Shown here in pieces: positions 49,362 to 58,111 of a DNA stretch of 64,000 nt (the first letter of the stretch is position 1; each line of letters opens with the position of its first letter). The stretch is taken from contig JAHJQM010000029.1 of assembly GCA_018819285.1 (NCBI GenBank), positions 280 through 64,279 of the forward strand, read 5' to 3'. The translations under genes and the position numbers were made by a program. This DNA is from Candidatus Omnitrophota bacterium. GTDB taxonomy: Bacteria > Omnitrophota > Gorgyraeia > Gorgyraeales > Gorgyraeaceae. The notes beneath the pieces are model-generated. The model saw only the letters and a list, made by a program, of their open reading frames with translations. It was not told where the DNA came from and did no database searches.

Positions 49362-50081
49362 TTATTCAAGACCAGGCCTTGGTCGCAAATTACTGTGCTC
49401 AAGACCTGGTCTTGAGCATACTAGTTTGCTGAATGTTTCCAAACATTTCTTAGGGTTTTTCTCTTTTAGGAATAGCTCTATCTCTTTTCTAATCCTGCCT
49501 ACATTCACTTCGCCTAGAAATCCACCTAGCACCGCTTCTTTCATGAGTTTTTTTGTGTGCGGCTCTATTTTAAAACCAAACCTCACTGAAAACCTCACAG
49601 CCCTGAAAATCCTGGTCGGGTCATCCATAAAACTTTTATCATGCAATACTCTTATCACGCCCTTTGTTAAATCTTTTTGGCCGCCGTAGAAATCCACTAA
49701 TCTGCCAAAGCCTTTTTTACCTATGGCCAAAGCCATTGCATTTATTGTAAAATCCCTTCTGAAGAGATCATCCTTTATCTTGCCAGGCTTTACAGTAGGA
49801 TACGCTGCCGGATATTTGTAAGTCTCTTTGCGCGCCGTAACAATATCTATTCTTTTCCCTTTAAGCTCTATGGTTGCTGTGCCAAACGCCTTGTATGTTA
49901 TTAATCTGCCCTTTAATTTTTTATTCAAAACTTCTGCAAACTTAATCCCATCCCCTTCTACTACAAAATCCAGGTCATAATTAGACATACCTAGCAGCTT
50001 ATCCCTCACAGGCCCGCCTACAATATACGCCTTTATCTTTAATCTATCCGCAATTTTTCCGACAATTTGCGTGACATCCAT
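49362..50081 (-). CDS. Short class II tRNA nucleotidyltransferase (CCA/poly(A) polymerase family)
   Basis: VGGPVRD, DLDFVV, DLFRRDFTINAMA, SFMDDPTRIFRA; C-terminus encoded by palindromes. Confidence 0.9.
   Translation of the reverse strand: MDVTQIVGKIADRLKIKAYIVGGPVRDKLLGMSNYDLDFVVEGDGIKFAEVLNKKLKGRLITYKAFGTATIELKGKRIDIVTARKETYKYPAAYPTVKPGKIKDDLFRRDFTINAMALAIGKKGFGRLVDFYGGQKDLTKGVIRVLHDKSFMDDPTRIFRAVRFSVRFGFKIEPHTKKLMKEAVLGGFLGEVNVGRIRKEIELFLKEKNPKKCLETFSKLVCSRPGLEHSNLRPRPGLE
49392..49418. repeat. Palindrome family D, copy 1 (inside the 3' end of the nucleotidyltransferase ORF)
   Basis: actg-tgctcaagacc-t-ggtcttgagca; identical 27 nt at 60971-60997; degenerate half-copy at 49364-49385. Confidence 0.9.
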
Positions 50082-50118
50082 AATTCACAATCTCTCAATT
50101 TTTTCAAACCTATCATAT

Positions 50119-50153
50119 AAGTTGACAAACTAACAATGTCAGTTTGTCAACTT
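50119..50153. repeat. REP-like palindrome family A, copy 10; contains the stop of the glycosyltransferase gene
   Basis: aagttgacaaactaac-aat-gtcagtttgtcaactt. Confidence 0.94.
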
Positions 50154-51283
50154 GCTTGCGCCCGTGCTGTTACAAATTCTGCGATATTTTTAGCGGCATC
50201 GGGGTACCGGAGAAGCTTTATCCTGGTCCTGGTGCCTATTATTTTTTCAGGAGAAGTAGCAAATTCTTCTATCAACTCGCAAACCTCCCTGGTATTTTTT
50301 GCCTTTACAGCAGTCCCATATCCTGTTAAAATTTTGCAATTTCTTGTTTCCTGGCCAAGTATCGGCTGGACTATTATCATTGGCAAGATCTTTGAAAGCG
50401 CCTCCGAGATAGTCAGGCCGCCCGGCTTTGTAATTATTATATCGCTTACTTCCATAAATTCATCCACATTATTCATATAACCAAAGGCCTTTAACTTTAC
50501 TTTGAGGCCCTGAGTCATTTTTCTTAACTCATGAAACAAAAGTTCGTTTTTGCCGCAGATCGCGATTAATTGCATATTGTCCCTTGTTTCAGGATCCAGA
50601 TCGTTTATCTCTGTAACTATTTCCTTCATAGGCCCTGTGCCGAATCCCCCGCTCATTATAAGCACATTGAAAAATCCAGGCTCTATGCCCAACTGCTTTA
50701 TTAAATTTTCCCTGCCCTTTGAAATGCTGAACACAGGGTCGCATGGAATGCCCATAATCCTGATCTTTTCTTCAGGCACACCGCGCTTTAAAAGATCTTT
50801 CTTGGTCCTCTGAATAGCCCCTATGAAATAATCGCTGGACCTGGCCATCCAGAAAGAATGCGCTATAAAATCCGTCACCACATTTACCAGTTTTCCTCTG
50901 AACTCTCCGCTTTCTTTAAGCCCGGAAATAATCTCACTCGGCATAAAATGCGTTGAAACTATCACGTCAGGGTTTTCAGCTTTTACAAACTCTATAAATT
51001 TTTTGCAATTCAGCCTATGTATAAACTTTCTCAATGGCGCCATGAAGAAATCCACAACCCTGGCGTCCAATAAATAATAAAACAGCCCCCACAGAGTAGG
51101 CGTCTTATTTATAAGAAATAAGTAGACGCCGGGATAAGAGGCCTTAAAAAAATCATTAGTATAATCCAGGACGTCTATATTCTTAACCTTGACATTCGGA
51201 ACGCTAGCCAAAGCTTTTTCTATCGCCAGGGCTGCTTTTTTATGCCCCACTCCCGCATATGCGTATGTAATAAGTATTTTCAT
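50147..51283 (-). CDS. MGDG synthase / UgtP-like diacylglycerol glycosyltransferase (GT28)
   Basis: GVGHKKAA, PDVIVSTH, VVTDF.AH..W, GIP, ITKPGGLTISEA, GQE.RN. Confidence 0.88.
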   Translation of the reverse strand: MKILITYAYAGVGHKKAALAIEKALASVPNVKVKNIDVLDYTNDFFKASYPGVYLFLINKTPTLWGLFYYLLDARVVDFFMAPLRKFIHRLNCKKFIEFVKAENPDVIVSTHFMPSEIISGLKESGEFRGKLVNVVTDFIAHSFWMARSSDYFIGAIQRTKKDLLKRGVPEEKIRIMGIPCDPVFSISKGRENLIKQLGIEPGFFNVLIMSGGFGTGPMKEIVTEINDLDPETRDNMQLIAICGKNELLFHELRKMTQGLKVKLKAFGYMNNVDEFMEVSDIIITKPGGLTISEALSKILPMIIVQPILGQETRNCKILTGYGTAVKAKNTREVCELIEEFATSPEKIIGTRTRIKLLRYPDAAKNIAEFVTARAQAS

Positions 51284-51293
51284 ATATTATTTT

Positions 51294-51962
51294 CTATTCC
51301 AATAGCTTTTGGGATAAACTATGCAATTCTGTATTAGCCAAAGCTAATATCTTCTTTTTCACAGCTCTGGAAAAATATTCTTTTTCAGTTTTGGTTAACT
51401 TTTCCTTTTTTAATTTTTTAAAAAATAATTCTTTCTGCTTGGGGGAAAATACCTGGGATAAAGCATATTCAAGCCCTAACTCATTTTTAACTGCTACTAA
51501 TTCTTTCAATCTTGCTTGCGATTGACTAAAATAATTAGTAAACACCGCCTTTAGCCTATGCGTAGACATTCTATAGTTACCAACCTGCAGTTCATCAGAA
51601 TTTTTTAAACTATCTAAAAACCTTTCTGATTCTTTTTTGCTAGCACCTGCGAGAGATTTATACAATCCATCAGTCCATGTAAATTTTAAATTAAAGAATT
51701 TATATAGCGCAAGCGACAGCACTAATAACTTTGCCAGACATGATTTATCGACAGGTTCTTTTAAATACAGGCTGGCCTTTTTATAATCAAATAATCCTTT
51801 TTCTGCACTATTGGCTAACACAACCGGAAATCCTTCCCACAGTCGAAGGTCTTTTGTTTTAACCATGTCTGCCAAGGTTAAATTTACCTTTTTATCCTCT
51901 TCCGCTTCAAAAAGCGGAAAGCCTAAATCACCGACTCTCTTTAAAAGATTATCGTTTTTCAT
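51294..51962 (-). CDS. Hypothetical protein, partner of the upstream nucleotidyltransferase
   Basis: 222 aa, 2 nt after the partner's stop; basic C-terminal FSPKQKEL..K..LTKTEKEYFSRAVKKK motif. Confidence 0.75.
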   Translation of the reverse strand: MKNDNLLKRVGDLGFPLFEAEEDKKVNLTLADMVKTKDLRLWEGFPVVLANSAEKGLFDYKKASLYLKEPVDKSCLAKLLVLSLALYKFFNLKFTWTDGLYKSLAGASKKESERFLDSLKNSDELQVGNYRMSTHRLKAVFTNYFSQSQARLKELVAVKNELGLEYALSQVFSPKQKELFFKKLKKEKLTKTEKEYFSRAVKKKILALANTELHSLSQKLLE

Positions 51963-51964
51963 TA

Positions 51965-52540
51965 TTATCTCTCTTCTTTAACAGTCTTTAAAAAATGCTC
52001 CAAATTTTTATTTACCCTATCTTCTGAAACGTCAAAAGAAGCTGTTTCTTTAAAGCGTTTTTCTAAATGCTTTATATCTATCTCGTTCTTTTTGCTTCTC
52101 AATAACATAAGACAGTCTTCTATATCTACGCTAGTAGCCCTGAAAAGTTTGGTTATTATAATGTCATAATAATTTAAAACACCTAAATAGATTCTATCGA
52201 ACTCCTTTACTAAAATATGTTTATCTTTACTCAAAGGGCTTTCCAATAATTCTGTAGTATGCACAAACTTCCCCCTAAACAAATCAAAAATAAAGCCATC
52301 TTCTCTTGACCAACCAGAACCACTAGCAGATTTATAACCAAGCTGTTTTAAAATATCTATAAGATAATCATGTTCGTTTAAATCAGGAACTATTAAATCT
52401 ATATCCTTGGTGGATGCCTTTACCCCTAAAAGCGTCAAGGCAGTTCCTCCACAAGCAATTAAACGAACATCTCTCTTAAGAAACCCACTCCATGTGCTGA
52501 GACTATCCATTAAACCTTGCTTATCTATTCTATATTCCAT
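51965..52540 (-). CDS. Nucleotidyltransferase-fold protein (DUF6036/AbiEii-like)
   Basis: CGGTAL..G.K.STKDIDL, ITKL.R...D.ED. Confidence 0.78.
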   Translation of the reverse strand: MEYRIDKQGLMDSLSTWSGFLKRDVRLIACGGTALTLLGVKASTKDIDLIVPDLNEHDYLIDILKQLGYKSASGSGWSREDGFIFDLFRGKFVHTTELLESPLSKDKHILVKEFDRIYLGVLNYYDIIITKLFRATSVDIEDCLMLLRSKKNEIDIKHLEKRFKETASFDVSEDRVNKNLEHFLKTVKEER

Positions 52541-52579
52541 ACAATTATTTGTATATATTTATACAATTCTCTGTATTAA

Positions 52580-52608
52580 AGTATACAATATATATCCTTA
52601 TTTGTCAA
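52580..52608 (-). promoter_or_regulatory. Near-consensus sigma70 promoter of the nucleotidyltransferase pair
   Basis: TTGACA-17bp-TATACT. Confidence 0.8.
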
Positions 52609-52614
52609 TAGCTA

Positions 52615-52782
52615 TTAAAATAATGCGTAAATAAACGGCGCGACTGCTGATGACTGAGTAAAGAATATTAACAGGCCTAATAACAAAAGCACTATTACTA
52701 TCGGCATCATCCACCAGAGTTTCCTCTGCCAAAGAAACCTAAAAAGCTCTCCTAAGATTTTTGTTCGTCCTTTAATACCCAT
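52615..52782 (-). CDS. Small membrane protein, DUF5989-like (55 aa, not in ORF track)
   Basis: Manual translation MGIKGRTKILGELFRFLWQRKLWWMMPIVIVLLLLGLLIFFTQSSAVAPFIYALF. Confidence 0.85.
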   Translation of the reverse strand: MGIKGRTKILGELFRFLWQRKLWWMMPIVIVLLLLGLLIFFTQSSAVAPFIYALF

Positions 52783-53306
52783 TTTACAGCCTCCGTCAGG
52801 TTATTCATTATAAAATCAGGTTTGTGTTGCCATATCTTCGCGTCTTCCTGGGTTTCTTTGCCTGTAAGAAGTAAAATCGTTTTACAGCCCATATTTTTGC
52901 CTGCGCCCACATCAAGCCTTGAGTCGCCTATAAAATACGCCTTTTTAAAATCTATATCCAGGCCTTTTGTAACATTTTTTATCTGGCCTGTATTGGGTTT
53001 CCTGCAGTCGCATCCTGCATTGCTAGCGTGAGTGCAATATGAAATTGACCGGATTTTTCCGCCTTTTGCATTAATCTCCTTAAGCATATTCGCGGTAATC
53101 TCATCCAGCGACTCTTTTGAAAAAAGCCCTCTTGCCACGCCTGCCTGGTTGGATATTACAAATATCTCGTAGCCATGTTCATTGAGGAGTTTTATGGCAT
53201 CTATCGCGCCTGGCAGAAATTCAAATTCCGCCCAAGATTTTATATAATCCCCAAACCCGGGATCTCTATTTATTACGCCGTCTCTATCTAAAAAAATAGC
53301 TTTCAT
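52752..53306 (-). CDS. gmhB: D-glycero-D-manno-heptose bisphosphate phosphatase (HAD IIIA)
   Basis: FLDRDGVIN, SNQAG, CTH....CDCRKP, IGD. Confidence 0.88.
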   Translation of the reverse strand: MKAIFLDRDGVINRDPGFGDYIKSWAEFEFLPGAIDAIKLLNEHGYEIFVISNQAGVARGLFSKESLDEITANMLKEINAKGGKIRSISYCTHASNAGCDCRKPNTGQIKNVTKGLDIDFKKAYFIGDSRLDVGAGKNMGCKTILLLTGKETQEDAKIWQHKPDFIMNNLTEAVKWVLKDEQKS

Positions 53307-54343
53307 ATAAAAAATTTATTGTTAGCGCCTACCCATTCTATTAATTTCTCGAGCCCCTTCTCTACAGTAACGCCTGGTTTCCAACTCAAAGTCTTCGAGA
53401 CCTTGGAGATATCTGAGATATACACTTTCTGGTCGCTCGGCCTCCAGGATTTATATTCTATTTTCCTGAATTTAATGCCGGTTTTCTGTTCCACAAGGCC
53501 AATAAACTCCAGAAGCGACGTGGTGTTCCTGGGGCCTCCGCCGATATTAAACACGTCATGTTTTATATCGCTATTTATAAATTTATCATACGCCTCCACC
53601 AAATCGTCTACATACAATAAATCCCTTACCTGTTTTCCGTCTCCATAAATAATAATATCCTGCCCTGTGAGATTTGCTATGACAAACCACGCCACCCAGC
53701 CCTGGTCTTCAAAGCCAAACTGCCTTGTGCCGTAGATACACGACATGCGGAATACAGCTGTCTTCATGCCATACATATGGCCGTATTCCTGGGTATAAAT
53801 ATCGCCTGTATATTTTGAAGCGCCATAAGGCGTATGGCCTGTCAGATCTACGCTCAATTCCTCAGAAACGCCTTTTTTGCTCTTATACACATATCTCGTC
53901 TCTTCTTCCTCTAATGAAATTTGATCTACATTTTCTCCGTAAATTTTATTTGTAGAACAATATATAAACGCCGCTTTAGGGCAAACCTTTCTCACACACT
54001 CCAGGACATTTAATGTACCATACGCATTTATGCTAAAATCTTCTTTCGGGATTTTCATGGAAAGGGGCACTCCTGGCTGGCCCGCGGTATGTATTACAGC
54101 ATCCACGCCATTTCCCAAGGCCTTCATTATATCCTGCTCTTCTCTAACATCTCCTTTTATACGTTTTATATTGTCAAACTGCGCCAGATAGTTCCAGTTA
54201 AACTCCACGCTGTCTTTATTGTATCCGAACAAGCTTGAGCGCATAAGATTATCCAGCACAATAACCTCATCGCCTTTTTTAGCGTAATATTCCGCTGCAT
54301 GCGAACCTACTAAACCCGCGCCGCCTGTCACTAAGATTTTCAT
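53303..54343 (-). CDS. NAD-dependent epimerase/dehydratase, CDP-paratose 2-epimerase-like
   Basis: TGGAGLVGSH, STNKIYG, TPYGASK, FRMSCIYGTRQFG.EDQGWVAWF. Confidence 0.88.
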   Translation of the reverse strand: MKILVTGGAGLVGSHAAEYYAKKGDEVIVLDNLMRSSLFGYNKDSVEFNWNYLAQFDNIKRIKGDVREEQDIMKALGNGVDAVIHTAGQPGVPLSMKIPKEDFSINAYGTLNVLECVRKVCPKAAFIYCSTNKIYGENVDQISLEEEETRYVYKSKKGVSEELSVDLTGHTPYGASKYTGDIYTQEYGHMYGMKTAVFRMSCIYGTRQFGFEDQGWVAWFVIANLTGQDIIIYGDGKQVRDLLYVDDLVEAYDKFINSDIKHDVFNIGGGPRNTTSLLEFIGLVEQKTGIKFRKIEYKSWRPSDQKVYISDISKVSKTLSWKPGVTVEKGLEKLIEWVGANNKFFI

Positions 54344-54360
54344 TTTTCTCCCTTCAAGAT

Positions 54361-55692
54361 CTAATTGCGCCTGGCCATATAAATACAGCCTTCTGTTTTT
54401 ACAAATCGTATTGTTTTACTATTTGTTATTTCATCTACTGCCTTTTTCACATCAGGTTCATCTCTGTAATCATGAAAGCACACAAAGCCATTCTTTTTTA
54501 CTAGGGGTATCCAGTCCTGGATATCCCGGGTTACGCCTTTGTAAGAATGATCCCCGTCGATCCATAAGAAATCTATTTTTCTATGTTCCGGCCAACCCTT
54601 CCGCACATCATAAGAATAACCCCTTAAAGGCGTTATTTTATTCTTATAAGGCTCTATGTTTTTTAAAAAATCCGGAAATACATCCTGCCTTTCGCCTCCC
54701 ATGCAGTCATTAAACCAGGTATCTACTGTATAAAAACTGCAATTCTTGGCGCGGATCCCTTCAGCTATAAAACAGGTTGATTTCCCCTTAAAAGCTCCGA
54801 TTTCAAGTATGACTGAATTATCTTTAAGAGATTTGGCTATATTGAAGACCAGATAGCCTTCATTTAATCCAAAATGCCCGTCTATTTTATCTATTTCTTT
54901 CATCCTCTTGCGGCCACGTCCAGGTAATCTGTTCTTGAGCTCCCGGTATTTTACATAGCTGAAGATCTGATAAAGCGCGCTGTTCATAGCTACTACAAAA
55001 CCTACTAAGCCGTCTTTATAGCCTTTTTTTCCAATATAAGTCCTGAAAAATCTGTCGGTTGTTTTCCAGAGTATCAGGCCTGCGCACACTTTACGGCCTT
55101 CATTAAACCATTTTTGCGCCTCTAAAGTAGTCTGGCCATTAAGACCTCTGAATAGCTCTGCGAAATCCTCATAACCTTTATGGATAATATCGCTATTCAA
55201 CCTGCCGCATCTGCCTTTATAAAAAACTCTTGGATGCACGCCAACTTCTTCATATTTAAATTCATCTTTCTTGAAAAGCCTGTCTTTTCTTCCGGGATAC
55301 CAGCCACCGTGCCTTACCCAGTAATTTCCTATATAAGTCCTTAATGGTACATTGTAAACCACGTGATCATCTGATTGAATCGCGACGTTAATCTCTTCTT
55401 TTAACTCAGGAGTCACTTCTTCGTCCGCGTCCAGGCTCAATACCCATTCATTTTTCGCCCTTTGATATGCCCAGTTTCTGTGGACGCCTTCTATGTCCAT
55501 GTGGCGCTGAAATACAATAGCGCCATTAGCCTTGGCAATCTCCACAGTCTTATCGGTACTAAAATCATCCACCACTATATGCTCGTCTGCCCAGCCTTTC
55601 GCGCTATTGATACACGCGGCAATATTGGCTTCTTCGTTCTTCGCGATTGTGACCACTGAAAGTTTTTTTAACATATACGCTCCCGCTCTCAA
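54361..55692 (-). CDS. GT2 glycosyltransferase (WaaE/KdtX-like) fused to a class I SAM methyltransferase
   Basis: NEEANI..VVDDFSTD..WVLSLDADE; then LEIGAFKGKST..IDGDHSY..FHDY. Confidence 0.85.
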   Translation of the reverse strand: MRAGAYMLKKLSVVTIAKNEEANIAACINSAKGWADEHIVVDDFSTDKTVEIAKANGAIVFQRHMDIEGVHRNWAYQRAKNEWVLSLDADEEVTPELKEEINVAIQSDDHVVYNVPLRTYIGNYWVRHGGWYPGRKDRLFKKDEFKYEEVGVHPRVFYKGRCGRLNSDIIHKGYEDFAELFRGLNGQTTLEAQKWFNEGRKVCAGLILWKTTDRFFRTYIGKKGYKDGLVGFVVAMNSALYQIFSYVKYRELKNRLPGRGRKRMKEIDKIDGHFGLNEGYLVFNIAKSLKDNSVILEIGAFKGKSTCFIAEGIRAKNCSFYTVDTWFNDCMGGERQDVFPDFLKNIEPYKNKITPLRGYSYDVRKGWPEHRKIDFLWIDGDHSYKGVTRDIQDWIPLVKKNGFVCFHDYRDEPDVKKAVDEITNSKTIRFVKTEGCIYMARRN

Positions 55693-55722
55693 ACAACTAT
55701 AAAAACTACAATGCTGAAATGT

Positions 55723-57360
55723 CTACTTTTTTTCAAGAATGTTAACTGTTGAAAAAGACTTTTTTATTTCGTAATCTTCCTGCAAAAATTGATCCATTGC
55801 TTTAAGATACTTGCCAATGGTAGACGCGTATGGTTTCAGCCTTGCATATTCTTTGGCACAGATTATAAACCTGGGCCTTGCGCTTTTTAGCTCCGCAAGC
55901 ATTCCTTCAAACCATCCCACGTCCATGAAAGACAGTTCAGCGCAATAAAATCTTCCTACCGAAGGCCTGTCAGTAAGAAAATTATAAGCCCCTAAATCCG
56001 TAAAAGTAAAAACCGGCTCTCTGCTCCGAGCGTGAGAAACAATATACTCCACTACGCTGTCTATTTCCATGGCCTGGGATCCGGGCGCTATTATGCCTCT
56101 GGCGCGGACTGATTTAAGAGGCGCTGGATTCGGATCTGCGTAGGGTATTGGAGCGTGCTTATTATACAATATCATGCTTTTAAATTCTTTAAAAATAAAA
56201 AACCTCCTGGTGTACTTGCTTACAGAAAAACCCAAGGCATATGCCGGCAAAACAAATAAAAGAAGAATAATCAACGCTTTCTTTAAACCCTGCGCCCCTT
56301 GTTTCAGATCCCTGCAGCGCATATAAAATCGCTCCAGATAAAAAAACATCACTAATAATAAAGGCTGGAGCGCCATCCTGTAAGGAGGACCTTCTATGCT
56401 CCTGAACGCGCCTTTGTACAACAGGGACCCATAAATCGCTATCGCCAATATTGAGCTATCAAAAACATCGAATTTTCTTTTTACAAATCTTCGGAATAAA
56501 TAAACGCCTACCATAACATAGAAGAAAAATGGCAGCGTATATTTAAAATTATGGCTTAACGGAGAAAGCGCCATGAGAAACTCCTTTAAATTCATCGGCG
56601 TCTCAAAACTAAGCGCAGGATTAAACACCTTCACCATTTTCGTCAAAACCACGCGTACTCCATCCGCATAAAGGAAAAAAGCATTATTCAAAAATAAATA
56701 TAGGATAAACGGAAGCGACGCGGTAATGTTTCCAGCGATATAAATTAAAATATGCCTGAAAGCGGCCTTTGTATCTTTCGTTACCGCATATCCATGCAAA
56801 AGAAGCGCGATTATAATAGAAATAAAACTGAAAACCCCCATCTCTGAACTTGTCCAGAAGGCAAAGCTGGTTAATATCCCTGAAAGTAAAAGCTGTACAG
56901 GTTTTTTGTTTCTCAGAAAATTTACAGCCAATAATATCCCGAATATACCAAACCCGAACCTTATTCCGCCCCATACGTTAAAACAGGACCACGGAAAAGT
57001 TCTGGCTATTAAAACCAGCGTAAAAAGATAAACAAAACCTCTTGTCCTGTATAGCCTCAGCGCAAAAAGCGCATATATAAAAAGGGTTACTACTGTCCCA
57101 AAATAAAAATATGCGTTCAGCGCGCCTATATGCATCCCGAAAAACCTCATTAAGAAAGCTGGCATGAATATTTCAAGCGGCCCTCTTAAAATAAAGATAT
57201 CTCTGCACAGAATCTTCCCATGAAATAACTCGTTAATCTGAGGCAGGTATAGCCCTATCTCAAATAAATTTATCCCCCCATGCATAAAATACGGCTCGAG
57301 CGTGACAAACGACACTAAAACCGCCAGCAAAGAGATGTCTAATGCGCTATATTTTTTCAA
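55723..57360 (-). CDS. Polytopic membrane protein, GT-C-like
   Basis: Many hydrophobic segments, CRDIFILRGPL motif, glycan-cluster context. Confidence 0.65.
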   Translation of the reverse strand: MKKYSALDISLLAVLVSFVTLEPYFMHGGINLFEIGLYLPQINELFHGKILCRDIFILRGPLEIFMPAFLMRFFGMHIGALNAYFYFGTVVTLFIYALFALRLYRTRGFVYLFTLVLIARTFPWSCFNVWGGIRFGFGIFGILLAVNFLRNKKPVQLLLSGILTSFAFWTSSEMGVFSFISIIIALLLHGYAVTKDTKAAFRHILIYIAGNITASLPFILYLFLNNAFFLYADGVRVVLTKMVKVFNPALSFETPMNLKEFLMALSPLSHNFKYTLPFFFYVMVGVYLFRRFVKRKFDVFDSSILAIAIYGSLLYKGAFRSIEGPPYRMALQPLLLVMFFYLERFYMRCRDLKQGAQGLKKALIILLLFVLPAYALGFSVSKYTRRFFIFKEFKSMILYNKHAPIPYADPNPAPLKSVRARGIIAPGSQAMEIDSVVEYIVSHARSREPVFTFTDLGAYNFLTDRPSVGRFYCAELSFMDVGWFEGMLAELKSARPRFIICAKEYARLKPYASTIGKYLKAMDQFLQEDYEIKKSFSTVNILEKK

Positions 57361-57370
57361 AACCTGACCC

Positions 57371-58111
57371 TCAATTTTTTACGCAGTCCGCCATAAAATC
57401 TATGCATGCGGCCAGATCTTTCTCTCTCCACGTAAAATCATTTATCGTTATTCTCTTATAATAATTATCCACTATGTTTAGCCTTGGAGGAAAAAATTTA
57501 AAGATGCCTATTTTCTTCAGCCTTTCGTAAAATTTTAACTTCGCTGTATAAAAAAGCCCATGTATCCGGCAGTCTTCAAAAACCAGCCTGAGTGTTGAAT
57601 CAAATTCTTTATACGTAAATTCTTTTACGTGAAAAGGGTTTTTGGGGTAAGGCCTGTTGGGTTTTTTGTTTTTGTCTAGGTTAAGCGTAGAGATAAAAGC
57701 CCTTCCGCCTTTCTTCAAAACCCTTTTCATGGATTCCAGATATCCGGCGATTTCGTCTTCAGGTATGTGCTCTATTACCTGAAAGCTCACGACAGCATCA
57801 AAAGAGTTATCTGGAAATTCAGAATATGCGTTGTCAGTTTTCTTAAACTCCAGATTTTTCTTTTTATACTTACCTGCGGCCAGCGCCACATTCTTTTCAA
57901 GGATATCCGCAGCTTTTACAGACCTGGCATGATCCGCCAAAAAATTAGCTCCATACCCGTCCCCAAAACCAATCTCCAGTATATCTTTGCCTTTAATATA
58001 AGGAAGTGCGAAATAATACGCGCTTAAATGCCTTGCAAAAAACTTTGGCGGAGTCTCTTCAGGCAATATGCCAGAGCCGCCCGGCCTTAGATTATCAATG
58101 TCATTAACCAT
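57371..58111 (-). CDS. Class I SAM-dependent methyltransferase
   Basis: ILEIGFGDGYG, FDAVVSFQVIEH, RVLKKGG, NPFHVKEF. Confidence 0.9.
   Translation of the reverse strand: MVNDIDNLRPGGSGILPEETPPKFFARHLSAYYFALPYIKGKDILEIGFGDGYGANFLADHARSVKAADILEKNVALAAGKYKKKNLEFKKTDNAYSEFPDNSFDAVVSFQVIEHIPEDEIAGYLESMKRVLKKGGRAFISTLNLDKNKKPNRPYPKNPFHVKEFTYKEFDSTLRLVFEDCRIHGLFYTAKLKFYERLKKIGIFKFFPPRLNIVDNYYKRITINDFTWREKDLAACIDFMADCVKN

Noticed and set aside
49294-49689. 131-aa plus-strand ORF containing SRPGL repeats
   Set aside because: Antisense to the tRNA nucleotidyltransferase; the repeat peptide just reflects the palindrome reading similarly on both strands
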